From the NCBI GenBank assembly GCA_943355005.1, contig CALRDV010000002.1:397-64396 (forward strand): a DNA stretch of 64,000 nucleotides. Reading direction: 5' to 3'. The notes below the pieces were generated by a model. That model saw only the letters and a list, made by a program, of their open reading frames with translations, had not been told where the DNA came from and searched no databases. The translations under genes were made by a program, and so were the position numbers. Positions 56,797-64,000 of this stretch are shown here, one piece after another (positions within the stretch are counted from its first letter, which is position 1; each line of letters starts with the position of its first letter). This DNA comes from Patescibacteria group bacterium. Its GTDB lineage: Bacteria; Patescibacteriota; Microgenomatia; UBA1400; MFAQ01.

Positions 56797-58044
56797 TTAG
56801 TCCCACGTCTTTATCTCCACTTGAGGCAATCTTAATTTCTTCGGAGTAACTAAAAGTAAAATTATCGCCACAATAACCATGAATACTCCCATAATTGAGA
56901 ATGTCATTCTTTCTCCTACCACCTGGGCAATTCCACCTGCCAATATCGGACCCAGAATATACGCGATGCTAATTGTCGAACTAGACAAACCCACCATATG
57001 TTTACCCTCTTTACCCATTCTCTGAACAATGTCTGAATAAACAGCATCAATCATCGGCCAAGCCACTGCAAGCGCCGTACCCGTAAGCAAAGACACCGCC
57101 AACATGAACCAGTAAGAGCTAATGACCCCCATCAAACTTAGAAATATACCGGCAATCAGCATTGATATTTCAGCAATTTTCTTTTTCCCTTTATATACAC
57201 CCCATCTTGCCACTACTACGCCGAAAATTACCATTGGAAGCATATAAAACGGCAGAAACATTCCACCCAACCAGTTTTGCTTTGCCAGATTGTCCGACAA
57301 CACTGTTCCTGTAGTCCAAAAAGTCGCATCAATGAGACCCATGACCATACTCACCATTAGTATTGGCCATACGTGTTCCAGCAATACCCACCAAAGTTTC
57401 AGCTCGCGCAAGATATTAACTTTCTCCTCATTTTGCTCTGAAGTCGTTTTTTTTGAATTTCTACCCATTACCAGCCAAATTACGTATCCCAAGAAAACAA
57501 AGAAGGCCGCCGTCAACACTGTTTCAGTATTCCCTTTTGTTAGAGCAATATAGCTCCCAATAATCGGACCCAAGAAATATGCCAAACTTCTAAAAACCCC
57601 CATTATTGCCCAAGCACCGGATCTTGCCGTTGCTGGAACCGCCTCGGAAACAAACTGTTGTCCACCAAACCCCAAAAATTCATAATAAATCCCCCATACC
57701 GCCATAGCTATCAAGAAAAACACCACCCAAGGTAAGACGATAGACCAAAGCAAAACACCACAAAACACCAAACTTGTCCCTATTGCCATCAGCATCAGCT
57801 TCCTGGTTCGAACAAGCTTGAGAAGTTGAGGAAAAACCAAGTCTGCTCCAAATCCCACCAACGATGAAAACGAGAGAATTAATCCCATTACCAAAGAACT
57901 ATGGGTAGAGTCTTGAACAAACGAAGGAACCCAATCACTCAAGATACCATCGCCCAAATATATAAAGAAAAGCATTAAGGACAAAACCAAAACTCTTCCC
58001 CAAAAACCTCCAAGCAAGTTTCCTATTTGAAATTTTCTATTCAC
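56797..58044 (-). CDS. MFS transporter.
   Basis: About 12 predicted TM helices; 415 aa. Confidence 0.65.
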   Translation of the reverse strand: MNRKFQIGNLLGGFWGRVLVLSLMLFFIYLGDGILSDWVPSFVQDSTHSSLVMGLILSFSSLVGFGADLVFPQLLKLVRTRKLMLMAIGTSLVFCGVLLWSIVLPWVVFFLIAMAVWGIYYEFLGFGGQQFVSEAVPATARSGAWAIMGVFRSLAYFLGPIIGSYIALTKGNTETVLTAAFFVFLGYVIWLVMGRNSKKTTSEQNEEKVNILRELKLWWVLLEHVWPILMVSMVMGLIDATFWTTGTVLSDNLAKQNWLGGMFLPFYMLPMVIFGVVVARWGVYKGKKKIAEISMLIAGIFLSLMGVISSYWFMLAVSLLTGTALAVAWPMIDAVYSDIVQRMGKEGKHMVGLSSSTISIAYILGPILAGGIAQVVGERMTFSIMGVFMVIVAIILLLVTPKKLRLPQVEIKTWD

Positions 58045-58080
58045 CTTTTTATCATACTAGAATTTTTTATGCCAAATTTA

Positions 58081-58127
58081 GTCATTCCGGGCTTGAATCG
58101 GCCGCTGGTACCCGAAGGGGTGAATCC
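58081..58127. repeat. Type-A element with internal insertion (GTCATTCCGGGCTTGAATCGGCCGCTGGTACCCGAAGGGGTGAATCC). It supplies the C-terminal codons and the stop of the upstream CDS.
   Basis: Family termini; overlaps the 3' end of ORF 58082..58432. Confidence 0.75.
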
Positions 58128-58432
58128 ATCCGGATTTTTCTTTCAACTATTTCCTCTTTAATTTGTTTCAGTTTCCACATAAACATTTTTCCTTTACTTC
58201 TGGCTCCGGCATCCATCACAAAACTTTTGGCCCGTTCCACCAGCTCTCTGGGGTTGCTTTTCACGATTCTCATGTATATTGCTGTGTGAGCCACGTCATC
58301 CAAAGCCAAGGCCAGCCTGTAGGCATAGTCCTGCCATTCCCTACTTATTCTCTTTTGCTTGGTCTCGTCTATCTCGTACTTATCCAAGATCTTCGTCATC
58401 GAACTAAAACCTATTTTATTCATCTTTAACAT
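58082..58432 (-). CDS. Hypothetical protein, 116 aa. Its last about 16 residues (…RMDSPLRVPAADSSPE) are encoded by a repeat element.
   Basis: ORF; the C-terminal tail maps onto repeat 58081-58127. Confidence 0.45.
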   Translation of the reverse strand: MLKMNKIGFSSMTKILDKYEIDETKQKRISREWQDYAYRLALALDDVAHTAIYMRIVKSNPRELVERAKSFVMDAGARSKGKMFMWKLKQIKEEIVERKIRMDSPLRVPAADSSPE

Positions 58433-58481
58433 TTTAACCTAAATACAAAACGTCCTGCGATAAATGTAAAATATCTTAAAC

Positions 58482-60296
58482 ATGCCAAAATTACAAAAAT
58501 CCCTATCGAGCTTTAAACAATTCCTCGTTACCTATCGTTCAACCTTAAATCTAGTGTGGCAACTAGACCGTTCATCCTTTATCAAAATAACCATCGTCAA
58601 CGCGCTCAATGGTGCATTAGTCTACCCATCTTTACTAGTCAGCAAGCTACTTATTGATTCTGTTATGGATGCCATCGTCTCTCATAATGTTGCCGGAGGT
58701 GTCAGAATGATGATATTGGCTTCGATCGGAGGACTTGTTATAGATCGCATACAGCAAGTACTTCAAGGAATCGATCGAATCCAAAGCCGAGTCCTTTCTT
58801 CGACTCTTCAAGAAAAAATTCAATTATCGATTGCTCGGAAAATTAACCAGCTACCTATTTTAGTTGCTGAAAATCCTGAGTCGAGAGATTTGATGCAAAA
58901 AGTGTTAGACAAATCAGGTAACTCTATCTGGTCATTCATCATTCCTATATCCACGCTACCAGAAATTATTTTTACCATTATCTCTACCGCCATTCCAATT
59001 TTCTCTTTCCAGCCCTGGATAGTAATTCCTTGTATTCTTCTAGCCATTCCTAACATTATTGTAAACATCGGCTCTTCCAAAGCGTGGCATGCCCTATCTG
59101 ATGAATACTCTCCCCGCTGGAGAATTTATCGAGCTTTAGAAGACTTTGCTGTCAAAGGCAAATACTTATACGAGAACAAAATTCTGGGTCACATTGAGAC
59201 ACTACTCAACAGAAGGTTAAAAATGGCAACCGAATACTATAACACCACGAAAGTAATCGAGAAAAAATATACTATTAGAGGACAGGTTCTCTCAGTTCCC
59301 CTTTCGTTATTTCAAACCGGTTCGAGACTCTATTTATACTATCTTGCCATCATTCAAACATTAACTTTAGGTACAGCAAACATTACGAGCACTGCCATTG
59401 ACCGCTTCATTGGAAACGTTAGTCGATTAATCAGACAAGCTAGCGACATTTTTCAAAACTATCTATTTATCTCCGATTATGAGCAATTTATGTCCCTTCC
59501 GGAAGAAGATCAAATCACTGGAATTAAGCTTCCAAATAATTTTTCGGAGGGCATCGAATTTAAAGATGTTTGGTTTAAATATGACCACTCACCCAATTGG
59601 ATCCTTAAAGGTGTCAGTTTCAAAGTTGATCCGACGGACAATATCGCCATAGTAGGAGAAAACGGTGCCGGAAAAACTACTCTAATCAAGCTTCTCTGCC
59701 GATTTTATGAACCTCAGAAGGGTGAAATATATGTAAACGGCCAAAATATCCAAAATTACAACCTTAAAGATTATCGTCATGCCATTTCAGCTCTCTTCCA
59801 AGACTTTGCCCAATACCCTTTTTCAGTCGAAGACAATATTCGTTTTGGAGACGTAGGAAGAAAGAAAATCAAAAAAGATATTAGGCTAGCGGCTAAGCTC
59901 ACAGGCATAACAGATTTTATTAAATCCCTTCCACTTCAATACAAAAATCCTCTTGATAAAGAATTCGAAGGCGGTATCGAACCCTCCAAAGGACTCTGGC
60001 AAAGAATTGCACTTTCCCGCATCCTCTACCGCAATGCCCAGATCTTGATCTTAGACGAACCAACCTCCAATGTTGATCCCAAATCTGAAGAAGAAATCTT
60101 TGCAGATGTTCTAAGAGTTGCCAAAGAAAAAATGATTTTCTTGGTCTCTCACCGCTTTAGCACGGTCAGGAAAGCCGACAAAATTTTGGTTCTGGAAAAT
60201 GGTCTGGCTGTAGAATATGGGTCGCACGAACAACTAATGAAACAAAACGGTCGATACAAAGAGTTGTTCTCACTACAAGCTCAAAGTTATCAGTAG
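58482..60296 (+). CDS. ABC exporter, fused permease and ATP-binding domains.
   Basis: N-terminal 6-TM region; Walker A GENGAGKTTL; Walker B ILILDEPTSNVD. Confidence 0.8.
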   Translation: MPKLQKSLSSFKQFLVTYRSTLNLVWQLDRSSFIKITIVNALNGALVYPSLLVSKLLIDSVMDAIVSHNVAGGVRMMILASIGGLVIDRIQQVLQGIDRIQSRVLSSTLQEKIQLSIARKINQLPILVAENPESRDLMQKVLDKSGNSIWSFIIPISTLPEIIFTIISTAIPIFSFQPWIVIPCILLAIPNIIVNIGSSKAWHALSDEYSPRWRIYRALEDFAVKGKYLYENKILGHIETLLNRRLKMATEYYNTTKVIEKKYTIRGQVLSVPLSLFQTGSRLYLYYLAIIQTLTLGTANITSTAIDRFIGNVSRLIRQASDIFQNYLFISDYEQFMSLPEEDQITGIKLPNNFSEGIEFKDVWFKYDHSPNWILKGVSFKVDPTDNIAIVGENGAGKTTLIKLLCRFYEPQKGEIYVNGQNIQNYNLKDYRHAISALFQDFAQYPFSVEDNIRFGDVGRKKIKKDIRLAAKLTGITDFIKSLPLQYKNPLDKEFEGGIEPSKGLWQRIALSRILYRNAQILILDEPTSNVDPKSEEEIFADVLRVAKEKMIFLVSHRFSTVRKADKILVLENGLAVEYGSHEQLMKQNGRYKELFSLQAQSYQ

Positions 60297-60794
60297 TTCT
60301 GTGATTGCTCCACCAATCACTTCATTTAATACTTTCTTTTCTTCTTTGCCAAAGTCATCCAGTACGTAATCCGCCCCCGATAGATTGGTCGGCACTTGTT
60401 TTCTGTTATCTACTCCCAGTCGAACCCGTAAGAAGTTCATCGAACCTAGATACTGCTCTACCGAATTCACTCCGTTGTGAACCTTAGGGCCCACCCCCAT
60501 CTGAATTTTTCTCTCTCCAAGCGAAATATCCAAATCATCGTGGACCACGATGACATCGGACGGAAGAAGTTTATAGAAATCCACCAGTCTTCTGACGGCT
60601 CGCCCAGAATCGTTCATAAAAGTCTGAGGCTTTACCAGCAAGAAACCATCTTTTTCCATAATTTCCGCTTCAAATTTTTTACTCATAGAAAACTTTCCCT
60701 TCTCTAGCATTCTATCGACAAAAATAAAGCCGGCATTATGCCTGGTACTTTTATATTTTTCTCCGGGATTTCCCAGTCCTACTATTAATTTCAT
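60273..60794 (-). CDS. pth: Peptidyl-tRNA hydrolase.
   Basis: MKLIVGLGNPGEKYKSTRHNAGF. Confidence 0.85.
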   Translation of the reverse strand: MKLIVGLGNPGEKYKSTRHNAGFIFVDRMLEKGKFSMSKKFEAEIMEKDGFLLVKPQTFMNDSGRAVRRLVDFYKLLPSDVIVVHDDLDISLGERKIQMGVGPKVHNGVNSVEQYLGSMNFLRVRLGVDNRKQVPTNLSGADYVLDDFGKEEKKVLNEVIGGAITELLITLSL

Positions 60795-60820
60795 TTTTTA
60801 TTATCGTTTATAATTCACTT

Positions 60821-61381
60821 GTGAAAATCACCCTTCTGGTTATTTTAACCTTACTTATCCTATTATATATACCACTAAACCGTCAGCAGCCCATTTACTC
60901 GTTCAAACTCAGCCTGGACGATCGTATTCCATTCCTGCCTTGGACAGTCTGGGTCTATTACCTCTACTACTTGGTGTTTCTAGTTAGTATTTTTCTCCTA
61001 TGGGATTCTCTTTTTATAATTCCTTACCTCACTACTCAAACAGTCAGCACAGCCATCGCCTCGCTAATCTGGAAAATTTTTCCCAACGGTGTTGTCAGGC
61101 CAAAAATAGAAAAGCTGGAAACTTACAGCCAAATAATCCTCCACCATCATTACCAATACGACAAAGACTGCAACGGTCTACCTAGCGGACATGTCATGCA
61201 AACCTTTATAGCCTGTCTTTTCCTATCAAGCCTATATCCTCAACTTTGGATTATTTTTTATTTCATCCTCCTAGCTGTTAGTTTTTCCACTCTTACTACC
61301 AAGCAGCATTACTTTGTGGACATGATTACCACCCTTTGTCTCACTCCCGCTTTGATAGAACTAAGCAAGTTGGTATTTTAA
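60821..61381 (+). CDS. PAP2-superfamily membrane phosphatase. GTG start; TATAAT at 60809 sits 6 nt upstream (leaderless-like).
   Basis: PAP2 motifs …RP…, PSGH, …HYFVD. Confidence 0.6.
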   Translation: MKITLLVILTLLILLYIPLNRQQPIYSFKLSLDDRIPFLPWTVWVYYLYYLVFLVSIFLLWDSLFIIPYLTTQTVSTAIASLIWKIFPNGVVRPKIEKLETYSQIILHHHYQYDKDCNGLPSGHVMQTFIACLFLSSLYPQLWIIFYFILLAVSFSTLTTKQHYFVDMITTLCLTPALIELSKLVF

Positions 61382-61402
61382 GCATATGTGTATAATCGAT
61401 TT

Positions 61403-62281
61403 ATGTCAGACAAGCAGCCTTTTTTCTCTATTATTATCCCGGCCCTAAACGAAGAAAAGTATCTTCCCTTATTGCTTGCAGATCTGGCGAAACAATCTTC
61501 ACAGGACTTTGAAGTTATTGTGGTAGACGGTCAGTCTACAGACAATACTGTCGAAAGGGTAAAAACCTTCAAAGACAAACTACCCTCCTTGAAGATTCTA
61601 ACCAGCAAAATTAGAAATGTTTCCGTTCAAAGGAATTTGGGGGCTGAAAATGCTACCGGCAAATACCTACTATTCAACGACGCTGACAATGGACTCCCAG
61701 AGTACTTTCTTGAAGGTGTTAAATATCAATTACACGTCAAACCGTTCGATTTGTTTACAGCTTGGTTTAACCCAGATTCTCAAGAGACACTCGATAAAGC
61801 CACCGCCACTTACATGAACATCATTATTGAAGCAGCTATGCTCTTAAATCAGCCGGCTGCTTATGGAGCTTTAATAGGATGCAAGAGGAGTATCTACAAA
61901 CACATTGGAGGCTTCAATCCGGAAGTCGGTTTTGCTGAAGATACCGAATTTGTTAACAGAGGCTACAAGAAAGGACATACCTTTGGTGTTATTCATGAAC
62001 CCAGATACGTCTATTCCTTTCGAAGATTCAGAAAAATTGGCAAACTGAAGCTTATCCAAAAATACGCCATTCTAAACCTTAAATTTCTAACAAATCAGAA
62101 GGTAGATCAAAAAAAGGAGTACCCCATGGGAGGCGGATATCTTGAAGAAGAAGCCAGGATTACTACAGATCTCACTCAGCTAATCAAATCAACCTTCAAC
62201 AAAAAAGGTAAACGAGGCAAAAAAACAAACACCATAGATCGCATCAGGGCACTTCTAAGCTTGGAAGAGAACCAGCCTTAA
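61403..62281 (+). CDS. Family-2 glycosyltransferase. Likely ATG start at 61403 with TGTGTATAAT 6 nt upstream; the track ORF starts at 61388.
   Basis: …FSIIIPALNEE…, …VIVVDGQSTDNT…, DAD motif. Confidence 0.7.
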   Translation: MSDKQPFFSIIIPALNEEKYLPLLLADLAKQSSQDFEVIVVDGQSTDNTVERVKTFKDKLPSLKILTSKIRNVSVQRNLGAENATGKYLLFNDADNGLPEYFLEGVKYQLHVKPFDLFTAWFNPDSQETLDKATATYMNIIIEAAMLLNQPAAYGALIGCKRSIYKHIGGFNPEVGFAEDTEFVNRGYKKGHTFGVIHEPRYVYSFRRFRKIGKLKLIQKYAILNLKFLTNQKVDQKKEYPMGGGYLEEEARITTDLTQLIKSTFNKKGKRGKKTNTIDRIRALLSLEENQP

Positions 62282-63243
62282 GCCAGCATAAGCTGGAGCC
62301 CCAAAAACATCACGAACACTCCTATGAGGACTGCCCCTTCCCATCTCTCCAACTTGTGCTTGGATTTAGTAAACAACCAAAACAATCCCAAGATAGTAAT
62401 CAGGAAGACTCCAGCAACCCCTCTTTGTAATCGGTCGACATAAGCAATGGGATTTATTATTGCGATAATTCCCAAGATTAGGGTTGAATTAACCACCACA
62501 CTTCCTAACACATTTCCCAGCACCAATGAAATCTCTCGTTTCTCTGACGCCACTATTGAGAGTACGAGCTCAGGCAAAGTTGTACCAATTGCAATTACCA
62601 CCATCCCAATCCAAAAAGGACTGACATTAAGTGTTGTGCTTACTCTTAACACCAAATTAATAAGCATCCACGAACTGGCGGCGAGGATTACAAAGGCCAA
62701 AAGTAAAATCATCATGTGAGCCACCCACTCGACCTTTGTTTTAATATGGTGAACTGTTTGCTTTCTTCCGGAATGTTTCAAGTGCTTAAGAGTGTTGCTT
62801 CCTCCCTTGATCGAAATATAGGCATAAACGAAGTATAAGAAAATTAACAGGATACCATCCCATCTCGACAATGTCCCATCCGATATCAAAAGGAATGGTG
62901 CCATAACCAAACCAATCGAAATCCAAAGTTCTTTAGATAAATAGTCACCTACTACAGGAATAGAGCCAAAAACCAAAGCTGCCCCACCAATGATCCAACT
63001 TAAGTTAGCCAAATTAGCTCCAATTATATTTCCAAGTGCGATCTGAGGCTGGCCATTAATAGAGCTGGCTACACCCACGAACAACTCCGGCAATGAGGTT
63101 GAAATTGCTACCAGCAAAGTAGCCAGCATCAACTTGTTTACCTTCATTTCATAAGCAATTTTTTCAAAAACATCTACCGCCACTCCGGAAGAGACTACAA
63201 GAATAATTATCAATAAAGTCCCAGTTAAAATATCCACTAACAT
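62278..63243 (-). CDS. Ca2+/cation antiporter (CaCA/YrbG-like).
   Basis: Two alpha-repeat motifs, GNIIGANLANL and GNVLGSVVVNSTLILG. Confidence 0.7.
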   Translation of the reverse strand: MLVDILTGTLLIIILVVSSGVAVDVFEKIAYEMKVNKLMLATLLVAISTSLPELFVGVASSINGQPQIALGNIIGANLANLSWIIGGAALVFGSIPVVGDYLSKELWISIGLVMAPFLLISDGTLSRWDGILLIFLYFVYAYISIKGGSNTLKHLKHSGRKQTVHHIKTKVEWVAHMMILLLAFVILAASSWMLINLVLRVSTTLNVSPFWIGMVVIAIGTTLPELVLSIVASEKREISLVLGNVLGSVVVNSTLILGIIAIINPIAYVDRLQRGVAGVFLITILGLFWLFTKSKHKLERWEGAVLIGVFVMFLGLQLMLA

Positions 63244-63270
63244 ACCTTTATTTAACCATACTTAGGCCAT

Positions 63271-63912
63271 TCACTCTACCGTTTTCTTCTTACGTTTCGA
63301 TACTTCTATCAAAATAGGCACAACTGAAATTCCAATTATAAGAACCACCATATAATGGAAATTTTCTTTAAAAAACGGTAGATTCCCAAAAGCATACCCT
63401 CCCATTAAAAACAACGTAACCCAACTAATTCCACCAATTATGTTAAAAGATATAAAGCGTCCATAATGCATCTTACTTATACCAGCCACAAAAGGAGCAA
63501 AGGTTCTTACAATTGGCACAAATCTGGCAAAAACTATCGCCTTCCCACCATGTTTTTGATAAAACTCTTCCGCCTGATCAAGATACTCTTTTTTAAAAAA
63601 CCGACTTCTTCCGTCGAACACCTTACGTTCTAGTTTATCCCCTATCCAGTAATTAACAGTGTCCCCAACCACCGCTGCGGCTACCATTAGAACATAAAGA
63701 AAGACAATATTAAAAGAACCTGAAGCCGCCAAAGCTCCTGCTGCAAATAAGAGTGAATCTCCCGGCAAAAAAGGGGTAATTACAAGTCCTGTTTCCATAA
63801 AAATTATTAAAAACAAAAGACCATAGGTTAGTGCACCATACTGAGCAATAATCACAGCCAAATTCTTATCTATATGTAAAAAAATATCTAAGAGGTTTTG
63901 CAAAATTTCCAT
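63271..63912 (-). CDS. DedA-family membrane protein.
   Basis: …TPFLPGDSLLFAAGALAASG… motif. Confidence 0.7.
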   Translation of the reverse strand: MEILQNLLDIFLHIDKNLAVIIAQYGALTYGLLFLIIFMETGLVITPFLPGDSLLFAAGALAASGSFNIVFLYVLMVAAAVVGDTVNYWIGDKLERKVFDGRSRFFKKEYLDQAEEFYQKHGGKAIVFARFVPIVRTFAPFVAGISKMHYGRFISFNIIGGISWVTLFLMGGYAFGNLPFFKENFHYMVVLIIGISVVPILIEVSKRKKKTVE

Positions 63913-64000
63913 TATTCAATTCTACCTCATCTTTTACTAAACAATGCATAATCAAAAACATACTGATACCCAACATACTTTCCTCCTTTTCCGGAAACTT

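Noticed and set aside
2474-58127. Possibility that the short palindromic repeats form a CRISPR array.
   Set aside because: The copies are not regularly spaced, have no unique-spacer architecture, vary in sequence and length, and lie inside genes. No cas genes are present.

Overview
This 64 kb window is gene-dense, uses the standard genetic code, and appears to come from a small-genome bacterium. I lean towards a CPR/Patescibacteria-like affiliation. The supporting observations are: the 16S has mismatches at the 515F primer site, AspRS and GlyRS are archaeal/eukaryal-type, ThrRS is minimal and lacks the N-terminal domains, and many promoters look leaderless.

Gene content, from start to end:
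- A stand-alone 16S rRNA gene on the minus strand (738..2229), with no linked 23S or tRNA.
- Nine aminoacyl-tRNA synthetases: leuS, aspS, glyQS, hisS, thrS, lysS, argS and two tyrS-like genes.
- Cell-wall genes murA, murB, ddl and a Mur-ligase-family gene.
- rel (RelA/SpoT), mnmA, trxA, trxB, pth.
- Two M20 peptidases, a PLP-dependent decarboxylase, a GNAT acetyltransferase, and a cluster of three RimK-like ATP-grasp ligases.
- Surface proteins with He_PIG-like (putative Ig) C-terminal domains, a DsbA-like protein, and transporters (MFS, ABC, CaCA, DedA).

The most striking signal is a family of short palindromic repeats framed by GTCATT...AATCC (about 25-60 bp), at least 22 copies, together with a longer (about 90-125 bp) dispersed repeat. 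They are not only intergenic. Several copies sit in frame inside intact essential genes: three in leuS, one in mnmA, one in murB, five in a TPR-containing GT-C glycosyltransferase-like gene, and one supplies the C-terminal tail of a small protein. They add peptide segments such as GFRVKPGMT, IPGQARND and LPRFEYETRNDNE. The nearest known parallel is the Rickettsia palindromic elements.

Other notable items:
- A T-box leader upstream of argS, with a repeat copy inserted in the leader.
- A divergent TyrRS paralog (HIGH motif degenerated to HIGR) in an apparent operon with a PPDK_N-domain protein, an HD hydrolase and a hypothetical protein.
- An ATP-grasp cluster plus retropepsin-like Zn-protease domain plus 7TM module.
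- A large protein with a C-terminal PNP_UDP-like nucleosidase domain and an uncharacterised N-terminal half.
- Tandem paralog pairs and an identical about 30 bp leader shared by two small genes.
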